Made by a program: the position numbers and the translations under genes. From Lama glama (Eukaryota), in contig CM052816.1 of NCBI GenBank assembly GCA_028534125.1, positions 57,972,001 through 58,036,000 on the forward strand: a DNA stretch of 64,000 nt, written 5' to 3'. Shown here piece by piece: positions 51,601 to 62,794 of the stretch. Under the pieces are notes generated by a model that was given only the letters and a program-made list of their open reading frames with translations, was not told the DNA's origin and searched no databases. Numbering within the stretch: the first letter of the stretch is position 1; every line of letters starts with the position of its first letter.

Positions 51601-52836
51601 TCTCACCAAGTTTACTGATCATGCAAGCATTTGGCAGGATTATTTAATAAAACCAACAATTAAAAAAAAATCTCCCATTTAAAGACTAAAACATATATCC
51701 TGAAAGAAACAATAGACTGAAGAAAACCAAAAATGACCATGCACTGCGTTTTAAAATGATATACGGGTCCCACACGACTGCTATTTCGGCCTTTAACAAG
51801 TTGATTTTCTTCCACGAGCTTTAGTCATTCCCTCTCAGAAACAGGCTTTTGAATATTTCTTGCCCAAGTTTCTAAATTATTAACCTAGAACCATAAGATT
51901 CTATCTGCAAAATTAAGCCAAAAAGTGATCTGAAGTCAGATTAGAATCATAAACTAAAGAAACAATTAAAACAAAGGAAATGCTAAATTCAATAAGGTTT
52001 TCTTTCTCAGAGAAAAGTTTTCCTTTTTTAACCCTTGACCTAACTTTCAATTTGCTTTTTTGCCTTTTGTTTTAAACCAACAACTTGATGTTTATAATTT
52101 ATATGATATGTGTAATGCAGACAGTATCTTATATACAAAGTTTATCATTATAAAGTATTGATGATAAATAATTAGGTCTTGGATAGTATCTAACATTAGA
52201 AACAAACAAAAGTGATTTATAATAATTTATTTATTAACCTAAAAGTTAAAACTTATTTTAAGAAAAGCCTTTAGAGAAGATTAACAATGACTCATCAATT
52301 TGATGGAAATGGGCCAATATTTCAGCAAGGATCATAGAATTCTTAGTTCATAATACCAATTAAGCAGTGTAAGCAGAAATCCATCTGCCTTTTGACTTTG
52401 AAAAGTATAAAGATGAATATAATAAATTAAACATTCTCCAACATTCCTATTAATTCCCACCATGTTGTTGTTGTTTTCCTGTTGAAACAAAATGGAAACT
52501 AAATCCAAATCTTCCCTGGGTTAATTCTCTTAACCATTTTAGACTGAAAACATTCAATAAAATGATAATCAGAAAGCAACAGTGTAATTAGCTACACTTA
52601 TATCTAAAATCCAGGGCAGTAGATGTTACACACATCTATCTTTCCCTGAACAAATTCTGCTGATTCTCAATGTTAACTAGAGGAAAGTTACACTCTTTAA
52701 CAGTAATTGAAATCATCAAACTGACACTTAGTATTCCTTGTATGTTTTCACTCCTTAAAAAAATTAAATGAAGCAATGAAAACTCCTTTCACAAGGCTCT
52801 AGAATTAGTTTTGCAAGGCATGGATGTATGTAGTTA

Positions 52837-53592
52837 TGTCCTAAAATAAACATGGGGAGTGGAGGCTCTGCTAAAATTGGGGATGATTGTTAAGTCCATG
52901 TTGGGGACTAATTAGGTAGGGGCAAAGGAGGTACCAAGGAGTGGCAGTCTGAATCGACAATCGTTTGGCATAGAGTCCTACATAACTAAAGCTAGTCCCA
53001 GGAAAGACTATTGTTTCAAACTTGAGAAGCAATGAGCAAACCGTGCACTGTGCATTTTGAATACAGCTGAAGAAATGAGTGACTTTCTCTCTTACTTGTG
53101 TAACCAAGCAGGACCCCATGGGGCCTTCCTGGGATGGACCTCTCCCCCATATCCTCTGAGTTAGCTCCTCTCTGAAGTAACTAGATAATGATATCTGATG
53201 CCTATTTCCTGAGTTGTTTTTCAGATGCTAAAACCACCACCAAATGGAAGAAATTAACTACTTGATGATCAAGAGCGTATAGCCCCCAGACCTTCTGGCA
53301 CCTAAGGATTGGTAATGTTAACCCCTGTGACACCACCTTGTTACCTCACCATCAAGCAATCACAGAATTGTGCACAGGCTGATCACATAACCTGGGACTC
53401 CCCTCCCTCATCTGGCCTTTAAAAATGCTTTGCTGAAACCCTGTAGGGACTTCAGGGTTTTTGAGCACAAGCTACCCATTCTCCTTGTATAGGCGCCTTA
53501 CAATAAACACTGCACTTCCTTCACCACAATCCAGTGTCAGTATACTGGCTTCACTGCAAGCGGGTGAGCAGATCGAGTTTGGTTCAGTAACA
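52837..53592 (+). mobile_element. ERV solo LTR (ERV1-like), antisense to MAP1B in intron 1
   Basis: TATA-like cctttaaaaa (~53416-53425), AATAAA at 53502-53507 and terminal ...gtttggttcagtaaCA. The 5' boundary is uncertain and no TSD was found. Confidence 0.7.
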
Positions 53593-54239
53593 TTTGGTTT
53601 CAAGAAGCATTTACTAAGCATCCATACTGGGATGTTCTAGGCCTGTTGATTTACTGTCTTACCGCCATCTTCCTACAGATTTATTTTCTAGGCTTCCCAA
53701 AGAGCCCTAAGTCATTAAATGGCAAAAATCCAAGTCACCAGGGTCTCCAAACCCACAGAGCCTTAGTTAAGACGGAAGGGGAAATAGGAAGCAAGAGGAA
53801 CAGATGAACTGCCTTCCCAGCCTGCAGCACACAACCAGAGCTGAACCCCCTGGAGCATCTCCATCTTGCTTCACACTGTGGGGTCTACAGACACCAGCAA
53901 CTACAGCTATGGTATCAGAGTGACCTCTGGAGGAGGCCTGGATGGGGCCTGAAAGCTGAGGCTGCAGTATGGCAGGCACAGGGAAACAGCCAGCCTACCC
54001 TGTTGCTAAGTCACCTTAGAGTGCTGTGAAAGCTACGGAAGCAGTATTTTCACTTAGAACTGGAAGGCCGTGCACCTGGAGCTGCATCCGAGACTTCAGG
54101 ACCCAAGAGAGTGCTCTCCAGAAGAAAAGCAGCATCTATTACTATGCATAAGGAAATGGCTCTGCTTACTCACTTGGTTGATTCTTAATGGGATCAATAC
54201 TGCCTGCAAAAATCTGACTAGATCAGGGAATTAAAAATT

Positions 54240-54420
54240 AGAAAGGCATGTTGACTGAAAAGGAAACATGAGGGTGCTTCTGGGATTCCAAGAATGTCTT
54301 GTTTCTTGATCAGGGTAACACAAATATGCTCATTTTGTGAAAATTCACCAAATGCTCCTCATTCATGATTTGTGACTTTTCCTCTCTATGTAATATAAAC
54401 AAAATTTCTTTTAAATTTTT
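54240..54420 (+). mobile_element. Old L1M 3'UTR fragment
   Basis: ttgactgaaaaggaaacatgagggtgcttctggg...tttcttgatcagggt...tttgtgaaaattcaccaa. Confidence 0.65.
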
Positions 54421-54769
54421 TGAAAGTTTGGAAGACAAATCTGAACTTTATTACCAAGTGCTAGTAGTGTAAAGAAGAGGAGACAGAGAGCACTTCATAG
54501 CGGTACTTGGATGCATCTAGTTTATCCTCAAACAGAAGCAGCTTGAATAAATCCCCTGAGAAATGGGGCACTAAAAGGATGATAAGCAGCATAACAAAGC
54601 AGTAAGATAATTAGGTGGAAGGTGATTGCTGAACCACCTCCCTGCAAGGGGCGCTGCCCGCAAGTGGACAACTGTTGTCTTTGTATAAAGGCAAGCTCTG
54701 AAAATTGCTGTTTGATCCCTATCTGACGTTAGCCTGTCCTGTCATGACAGGGCCAGACAACCAGGGAGG

Positions 54770-54920
54770 CTGCAGTGCTGCCACTTCTGTCACTTATGAG
54801 TAGTGTGACCTTGGGCTGCTCCCCTTATCATTCCTACCTTTCTGGGCCCCCATCTCGAAAATGGAGATGGTGGTCCCTTGCCTCGCACCACATCGGGTAG
54901 TTATGAACATTTTATAGATA
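54770..54920 (+). mobile_element. MIR fragment
   Basis: tctgtcacttatgagtagtgtgaccttggg...catctcgaaaatggagatg. Confidence 0.6.
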
Positions 54921-55429
54921 GAAAAACACCTCCTGATGTATCATTTCCCAGCAAAGGTGCTGACAATATATATATTTTTAAACCCTAAGTCATTGATTCA
55001 CACAGTAGCCACACCCAAAGTCAGTATGTGTGAAATTTTCCAAAGAGAAAACATGCAAATGAACTAAATTAGTACAGATAAGACTAAAGGGCTATAGTAT
55101 GAAAATGAAGGGTTATTGAGATGCTCAAACGAGGCATTTCACTATTGAAATATCTTATTACTTAATTTTTTAAATAAAATAACACGACTGCTTTCTGCTC
55201 ACATTATTTTTTCTTTCTTCTTTCTTTTTCTTTTTTCTTTTCTTTTTGGCTGAAAGGAAAATCAGTGCTTTAAAGTTAAACAAAAGAACCAGGTCTGCAA
55301 CTCCAGTCTCCACCCTGCAGCCTTTTGTTCTGAGGACAGGCGACCATTTCCAAATGCAGAGGCAGATGACTAGCATTTATTTTTTTCATCTAAAACAACG
55401 TTTTTCTCCTGTCTTTTATAGGAGGTGGG

Positions 55430-56180
55430 GGGCGGGAGCGGGGAACGAAGGCTGCGTGAACGCCCTTTGTCCGCCTCGGGCTGCCGTAGAGACCGCAGTG
55501 CGGACTGCACCACGCCCACCAGCCGGTGTCTCCGGGCAGAACCGCTTCAGCACCACCCCGGGAGAATAGAGCGCGGAGTGGGCTGCGGAGGCACCCGGCG
55601 ACCTCTGTCAGGGCGAGGGGAGATGTGGGAAGCCGGGGATAAACGGAAAGGCAGAGGGCAGAACTGTCCACCCGGGGACTTCGAGGGCAACAAAGCCGGG
55701 AGAGGTGGGGGCATGCAGCACCCCCAAGCCCCGGCGGAGCGCACGCCCGGCCGGCCGCGCCCAGTGGGGGCGCCGCAGTGCGGGGGGCAGGTGCGGAGGG
55801 CGGGGACACTGCGGCAGCCCGGGTGGGGCTGCAGGGCGGGTAGGTCCGCGCGCCCGAGGCTGCGCCTGCCGGACCCTCGCGGCCCCGCCCAGGGCTCCCG
55901 GCGAACCGCTATTCGGCCTCTGCAGCGCGCGCTCGAAGTGCGCGCACCGGGCGAGGCGCTGGCCCTACCCGCTGGCCCCCCGCCCTCTCCACACTAAGCC
56001 GTCTCTCTCGAGGCTGACTTTTAAAAGAAGCCCCACCCCGCAACTTGGGGGTCCCATTGTCCTTTCTGAAAGCTGCAACCAAAGCCCCAGGGGCAGTAGC
56101 GAGGCGGACGCCGTCTGGGAACAACGCGCAGGCGGCTCTCCATCTCTGCGTCCCGGGGGCTGAGGGGGGAAGCGGGCGTG
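55430..56180. promoter_or_regulatory. Second CpG-island segment in intron 1
   Basis: Dense CpG with several GGGCGG boxes, separated from the exon 1 island by ~450 nt of lower CpG density. Confidence 0.85.
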
Positions 56181-56741
56181 GCCCTAGGACTAGCCTAGTC
56201 ATTCCGAGGAAAGAAAAGACGGGGAGGTTTTAAGCTAGCAAAGGCACTTCTAGGGGGTGAGGTGGTTGTGATTAAAATGATTCCAACGCGGGTCCTGGCA
56301 CATGGTACTCCAGCCTCAGGTCTGCCAGCGAGGGGCATTCCCAGCATTTTGGAAGTGTGAGAGGGGGGCTGAAAGGAGTGTTTGCATCAGGTCTTCCCCA
56401 TCCCCCACCAACACCTTCGGTTTCCGCGATTTCGGCTTCATTGTGGCCCCCGCCCCTCTGACACCTGCATTTCATTTAGCTTGATTGGCGGTAGCCAGCT
56501 GGGATCTGCATACCTAGCCTGATGACAGATCCCTCAAGGTTAGGTGAGGCTCTCCCACTGGGTCTCAAATCTAATAATTCGCATTATTCTCCAAAATTAG
56601 CCCAGAAAGAGTCCAGACCAAGAGTGGGAAGAGGCGTGGGTGCGGGGCGTGCCGGAGGAAAGAGATAGCCCTGGCGCCCTGGGTGGGGTCGTGTTTGCGC
56701 GTCTCCCCGAGCGCGTTCCCTGGGGGCCCAGTGCCTCTTAC

Positions 56742-56925
56742 CCAGCTCGATGTTGCCGATGGCGCGTCGCAGGTGCTCCTCGGTCACGATCTCGCCGACG
56801 ACCACCAGCAGGTAGAACTTGCTGTCGAGGAAGCGATGCGACAGGCTGGGCGAGGTGGTTGCCGCCGGGTTGGCGATGCTGCCGGACGGCTCAGGCTCGG
56901 TGGCTTCCACCACCACGGTCGCCAT
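56742..56925 (-). CDS. MAP1B: MAP1B coding exon 1 (184 nt, ends in phase 1)
   Basis: Translates MATVVVEATEPEPSGSIANPAATTSPSLSHRFLDSKFYLLVVVGEIVTEEHLRRAIGNIEL(G), the recognisable MAP1B N-terminus. Strong Kozak context GCAGGATGG. Donor CTGG|GTAAGA with GT at 56741-56740. Confidence 0.98.
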
Positions 56926-57118
56926 CCTGCCGGCCTGCTATGCCTCGGCGAAGTGCCTGGCTCCGGCCGCTCCTTTCCACTGCGGCAGGAGAAAGGATTA
57001 TCACCGAAGGTGCTGTCTCCGCTCCGCCCCCTGCGTCTCTCCTCCTCCTGGCGCTGCGCGCCGCCTCCCCCCTCCGCCCACTCCTAGAGTGCGCGGCGGA
57101 GAGGAGCGGGGAGTGAGA
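56926..57118 (-). other. MAP1B: MAP1B 5'UTR (GC-rich, no upstream AUG)
   Basis: Lies between the TATA box and the ATG. There is no CAT on the + strand in this interval. The TSS position is inferred. Confidence 0.7.
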
Positions 57119-57140
57119 GAGGGCGGGGAGGCGGCGCCGC

Positions 57141-57147
57141 TTTTATA
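57141..57147 (-). promoter_or_regulatory. TATA box (TATAAAA) of the MAP1B promoter
   Basis: + strand ttttata is TATAAAA on the minus strand, in GC-rich context ~215 nt upstream of the ATG. Confidence 0.85.
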
Positions 57148-57167
57148 TGGAGACTAGGCAGGGAGCC

Positions 57168-57265
57168 GGGGAGGAGGAGGAAGAGGAGGAGGAAAGGACC
57201 ACCCGGCACATCCTCACGGGGTGGCTGCCTCCGCTCTTGCAGCCGTTGGCCCAGGGCTGATGTCA
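57168..57265 (-). promoter_or_regulatory. Proximal promoter elements: (TCC)n tract (~57171-57192) and CRE/ATF-like TGATGTCA (57258-57265)
   Basis: Motifs read directly from the sequence just upstream of the TATA box. Function is inferred. Confidence 0.55.
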
Positions 57266-58954
57266 TCTGCAGCAAATCATCTCGCCCGCGGCCCGGAAGC
57301 TGGAGGGACGAGGTGTGCGGACAATGGTCAGGGCAGCGCCGCGAGTCAAGGGGCTGGGGGACCCTAAGGCGAAGAACACTCCCAATTTGCACCCCCCACA
57401 CACCCACTGCCCTCTGCAAACCCCCACCCAGCTTGTGCTGAAGAATGGGATGGGTTTCCATTTTCAGAGTGGGAATATTTACCTTGTCTGTGGTGCACAA
57501 GTCAGGCCTCTGCCTTGTGTCCCATCTGAGATGAAGCCAGGTTCTCAGGAGCTGTGGTAGCACAGTGGTCGTGGGGCTGAGGGTACCCCGCCCAGGAAGA
57601 TGGAAACAGTCTTTTCTTTAATATTGTGGATTTAGGAAGACATATTTTCCAGTATTTACCACCTCCATTTAAAGAATACAACAGAAATGCAAAATATTGT
57701 TCAGGCTTTGGACCTTACTCTGCAAGACCCACTGATGAAAAAAAGTACTGCCTTTGTGGTGCTCATGGGAAATGAGAATACAGATGCATTATTCCAAATA
57801 CAGATTTCTTTTCTCAGTAATATGCTGAACAGATAGTATCAGGAATAACAAAGAATAAAGAGAAGATACTGTTTCTACCCAGCAGGATTATAGTGACTAT
57901 AATGTGCTTTTCAGTTCCTTGAGGGACACACAAGCAAAATTATTTCATATGACAATGATGTCTTTTACAATACATGTAGCATTAGAAATATTTATTGCAT
58001 TTGTCTATGTTTAAAGGAACTCATAAAAATGTTGTTTAAAGGCATCCCATCTACAACCATTTCTCACAAACATACTGCATATACTGAATACAGCATCTGT
58101 CCCAAGAAGGGAGTGGTGGTAGTGAAGAAGGAATGAAACGTGCAAACATGGTACCATCATAAAAGTCTGGGGAATAAGAGGCTTAGGAAAGAGGAATGAG
58201 TGGAGTAATGGATGGAAACTAGAGTAGTCAATATAGTTTTAATACTAGAACACATACCAATTTTTTAAAAATTACTTGGATATGCTAAGATTTCCAGAAT
58301 AGCCCATTGTCTTAGCTGTTAACCACCCTGACTTACTAGTAATGCACTTTTTGCTCTTAACTCCTTCCTGAAACCTTGATGTGGAAAATATGGTGGCCAT
58401 CCAAAAGCTCTGCCCCATTCTGTATGCTAGTCTGATCAATGGGGACTAAAGATACCATTTGGCCTACAGCACTTGGGGTCTCTGACAAGCTTTCTGGTGA
58501 GCTGCCTTCACCAGTGAACAGTGACAAAGAGTTTCCAAGTGAGATGGTAAAGATCAACAGAAGGCATTTGATAGCTGTTAGAGAGGTGAGGCCAGCACCA
58601 AAGCCCATAGTGGGGTGAGGAGATATGATGAGGAATGCTGTTTTCGAGTTTCAGCCATCAGTGTCAGCTAGTGATTGTCTTCCATTTCTCTGAACTGCCA
58701 TTATTTTTATTTATGTAATATTTTCATTAGCTCTATTTCTTTTACTTAAATTTATTTTAAAATGAAATTCTTTATTGTTGTATAGATGAAAACATTAATA
58801 TCACTTATAAACAGAAGGTATTCCTAAGAATAAACATAATAAAATAAGATAATATGATTAAATTCCTTCTACATACTGTTATTCGCTCAAGACTCTGACC
58901 CTGAGGTCTATTCTAGGTTAAAAATGGGAGTGGAGAAAAAAAAAAAAAATGGGA

Positions 58955-59053
58955 GTGGAGAGGGTATAGCTCAAGTGGTAGAGGTTTAATCCCCAGCACC
59001 TCCTCTAAATAAATAAGTAAAAAAATAAACCTAATTACCTCCCCCCAAAAAAA
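58955..59053 (+). mobile_element. tRNA-derived SINE (camelid-type), internally deleted
   Basis: gagggtatagctcaagtggtagag|gtttaatccccagcacctcc...aaacctaattacctcccccc. Same family as 41899-42008 but lacking the segment between the A and B boxes. Confidence 0.85.
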
Positions 59054-59129
59054 GCTTTTTTAAAAAAATGGAGCTTAGCAAATGTTAGAGAGAAATTAAA
59101 GACAAACACCTGAGTTTAGGGGAAACTGA

Positions 59130-59445
59130 CATCAATGCCTGTGTTATCTATTGCCAACTGATATCACCTGGATGTCCCAAAGGCACCTCAGGCTCAACAT
59201 GCTCCAAATCAAAATCATCTTTGCCTTCCAAACCTGTTCCTCTCTCACTTTTCCTATTTCAAAGAACAGTATCACCATCTACCCCGTGATCAAGGCAGAA
59301 ACTTCACAGGCATCTTGGACTCCTTCCTGATTCTTAGCCCTGTGTACAATTAAGCACGGAGTCTAGTCAATTTTATCTCTTAAGTATAGCTTCAGTCCAT
59401 CTACTTCTTTCCACTATCCCCACCCTGGTCCAAGCTACCATCATC
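59130..59445 (+). mobile_element. L2 fragment
   Basis: cacctggatgtcccaaaggcacctcaggctcaacatgctccaaa...ccctggtccaagctaccatcatc. Confidence 0.8.
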
Positions 59446-59459
59446 ATGAGAGTTAGTAC

Positions 59460-59704
59460 TGTAAAAGTTAGAAATAGGGTTCTGGAGTCAGACTGCCTGT
59501 TTTTGAATCTCAGCACCATTTACTAGCTGTGTGACCTTGGGCAAGATGCTTAAACACTCTGTGCCTTGGTTTTCTCATTTACATAGTAGAGATGAGTGCC
59601 GACCTCACAGACAGGACGGCAGTTTAAATATGTAAAGTGCTTAAGATAGTGCCTTACATGTAATAAGCACTCAGTAGGGGCTAGTTGTTCCTGCTATTAT
59701 TATT
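59460..59704 (+). mobile_element. MIR SINE
   Basis: tctggagtcagactgcctg...tttactagctgtgtgaccttgggcaag...atgtaaagtgcttaagatagtgcc. Confidence 0.85.
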
Positions 59705-61750
59705 TAACATTTTACTATGGAAATTTTCAAACGTATATAAAAGTAAAATGGTATGAGACCTCCTTGTACCCATTATCCTTAATCAAATGATTTTTACAGT
59801 TTGTTTAAATCAAGATCAAAATGAGATCGATATATTTCGATTGATTGATATGCCTTAAATCTCCTAATCTGTGTGTTCCTACTCTTTTTTTTTCCTTGAA
59901 TCTTTCTGTTGAATAGTAGGAACATTTACTCTGCAGAGTTTCACGTTCTAAATTTTACTGACTGCATCCCTGTTGTGTTATGTACATATTCTTCCATCTC
60001 TTGAATTATCTTATATTGATAGTTAGATCTAAAAGCTTAATCAGATGCAGGTTTGTTTGTTTTTGTTTTTGTTTTTGTTTTTGCAAGTATACTTTTTGGG
60101 TGACACTGTGTTCTTCCATCAGGAACACATAAAGACTGGTTGACCTTGTCCTAAAATCTTGGCAGCCATTGATGATTACTACCCTGATCTCTTATTTCAT
60201 TACATGCTGGAAAATAATATTCTAATTTTATTATTCTTTCTTCATTTGACAGCTGGAAGATTTCTGTTAGGAGAAATATCACCCTGTCCCTTGGTTAGCC
60301 TGAGGTACACTTTATGTAGGAAATGAAGGATAAACACGTGATTCTTTGTCTTTATTTACTAATTTTGAATATAATGAATTTTTTTCATAATATCATCCAA
60401 AGGTGATTAATATTTTTTGTATCACTAAGAATATAACTTGAAGTCATTATTCATATTGATATTTTAATTTTTCCATCTTTGGGCAGTGATATAAGATATT
60501 CCCAGCTCACCTTGTGTATACCTGGCCTCAGAACCTGGAATTAGCCACTTCTCTAAGGAACCCTGGTTCCTTATGAGAGAAATGATATTTAGAGACCATA
60601 ATCTGAATACTAGGATTGACTTGTTACTACTATTTTAGTCATTGTTTTTATATATTTCCAGCGGATAGAAATAAAAAATTTTTTTCAAGATGAAATATGT
60701 TATCAGTTCATACCGATATTGCCAATTCAGAATCAAGACTTCAGAGACTTTGCTTAACCTTCAGTTTTACATCTGTGTTTCCTTTGTCTTATGCCAATAA
60801 TTCCAGTTCTCAAAGACACCAAAGGTGAGTGAATTAGAAGCACAGATAATTTCTCATTTTCTTTATCTGGAAATATATACAAATTATACTCATGGTAGTC
60901 TCAGGTCAAAATACAACGCTTCTGCTGACAATGATTATTACTAAAAGCAGTTTAAAATATTCGCAATTATTTTTGTTCTTAGAATATATCACACTAGAGA
61001 ACAAAAATTCCCAGTTGCCAAAAACACCAAAATGGTCACTTTATTTTGCAATTCATACATAGTACTCTCAGAATGACAATTAAAATGCTACTGGTATCAA
61101 TAGGATTACTGAAAGCAATTTAGGATTTTTTTTTTTGCAGTTTTCTTTGTTATTAGATATTCCCCACAAGGATGCAGTTTTAAAGTCACTTGAATTAATT
61201 CCTTTTTATATATTATGCCACTAACTCAATAAATAAGTTCCTTTATTACATTTTGTTCTCAGTTTTTATGAATTGATTTAAAATTTTTTCTTATTATAAG
61301 TGATATGGACCATCTTTTCACAGGGTCATCTGCATTTCATCTTCTATGGGTTGTCTGCTTATACATTGTCCATTTTTCTGTCAGATGATTAGTGTCTTTC
61401 TTATTGATTTACATGTATTCTTTATATATTAGGGGACTTAGCTTTTTTCTGTAATATGATTTACAAATATCATTTCTTTGTTTGGCTTTTGTTTTTTGAC
61501 TGTATCATAGATTTGCTGTGGGGAATATTTTCATGTGGTTAAATGTAACTGTTTTTTTCATTTATAGTTTCTGAGTCCTATGTTATATTTAGAAAGGCCT
61601 TTGCCATTCTGAGATTATATAAGACAAATTCTCCCAGGGGTTTTCTAGTACCTTTAAGATCTGTATTTTTAATGTTGTGGATTTTTCCAGATAAAGACTG
61701 AGATATGGATCCACTCATTTTTTCTCAGCTCCACAGCACTTTGCTGAGAG
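59705..61750 (-). mobile_element. Old L1M (L1MC-like) 3' region
   Basis: ttttactatggaaattttcaaac start, cctggaattagccacttctctaaggaaccctggttcctt, then ORF2-type antisense sequence (ttgtccatttttct...ttctttatatatt...agaaaggcctt). Confidence 0.75.
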
Positions 61751-62794
61751 AAGATCTTGCAGAATTTTGTAATGGCTTGGTAACCTATCTTTCTCCCCAG
61801 TTGATTCTGAATGTGTAAGAGCAGAAACTTTGATTTCATGTGTTTATCCCCTCCTTCACCCTGCCCTTTAATTCACTTAAACCCCAGCCCCAAGCTTCAC
61901 CTAGTGTCTGGCAATTAAACAGCTCTTCCTTCTGCATTTCTTGATGGCTGGGGAAGGAAGATTCTGCCTGTGCTGAAACAAGGCTGACCCAGGGAGCGGC
62001 TGAAAATGAGACTGCGACATTCTTGGCCAGTGCCTTTTCATTAAGCTCGGGCTCTCACCAAGTACAAGTGCCAAGTGAGTCATACCAACACATGTAGAGG
62101 ATGGTATCCTGAGGGGAAGAGAATTATAGTGGAAATAGCCAAGGCTGCTTGGAGACGTGGCTCCTCAGCTAGTACTGCAGACAAACCACCGCTGCCACAG
62201 CAAACAGCAAAGCAATAACAAGCCAGGCTTGCACAAGGTGGGAAGCTGCAGACGCAAATGCAGGCTCTCTCCCCAGGCCATGGGCAGCACCCACCTCCCC
62301 AAAAGGATGTAGTCTAAACAGGCTTGATTGTGGAGTCCAGCCAGCTCACGGTCAGGGAAGCCATCCCACCCTAGCAGTCTCAGGACTCTGGGGGAAACAT
62401 TTGGACGGCCCCAGGCTCAGGGAGAAGGGGCTCACATGTCCTCTGCCGAGCACTAGCAGCCAGAGCCAAGTACCTGAAATCTGCTGCACTGTTCTAGGCC
62501 CCAGGAGGGCACGGGGAGTTGGCTGCTGGTTCAGGTTAGCCAGGAAAGGAACACATGCATGCACAAATACGGTGGTAGGCAGCAGAAAGGAATGCCTTGA
62601 GAGGGCCCAGAGTTGCTCAAAGGAACATGGAAGAAGAAGCAAGTGACATTGAGCTGGGAGGACCAGAAAAACTCAGGAGGAAGTGGCAGCAGGCCTCCAG
62701 CAGCCTGTGAATGTGGAGTGTGCTCAGCCTTGGGAGAGGGGAGGACCTGAAGGCCACTCTATGATGCTGTTGGGAAGAAAGCAGGTGGGGTGGG

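Larger units (their letters stand above)
1..57118 (-). other. MAP1B: MAP1B transcription unit, partial: 5'UTR, exon 1, intron 1 (56741-48656), exon 2, intron 2 (48553 to beyond base 1)
   Basis: Exons 1 and 2 identified. No sequence encoding the expected next residues (QKILHHRSDV...) was seen, so exon 3 probably lies left of the window. The TSS is estimated at ~25-30 nt past the TATA box. Confidence 0.88.
56630..57350. promoter_or_regulatory. CpG island over the promoter and exon 1
   Basis: Visibly high GC and dense CpG compared with the CpG-depleted flanks. Confidence 0.9.

Noticed and set aside
56584..56741. C-terminal part of the 113-aa ORF (KRHWAPRERARG...)
   Set aside because: Read-through past the exon 1 GT donor into intron 1, so not MAP1B protein.
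55246..57563. Many overlapping Arg/Gly/Pro-rich ORFs on both strands
   Set aside because: Stop codons are scarce in CpG islands, and none resembles a known protein apart from MAP1B exon 1.
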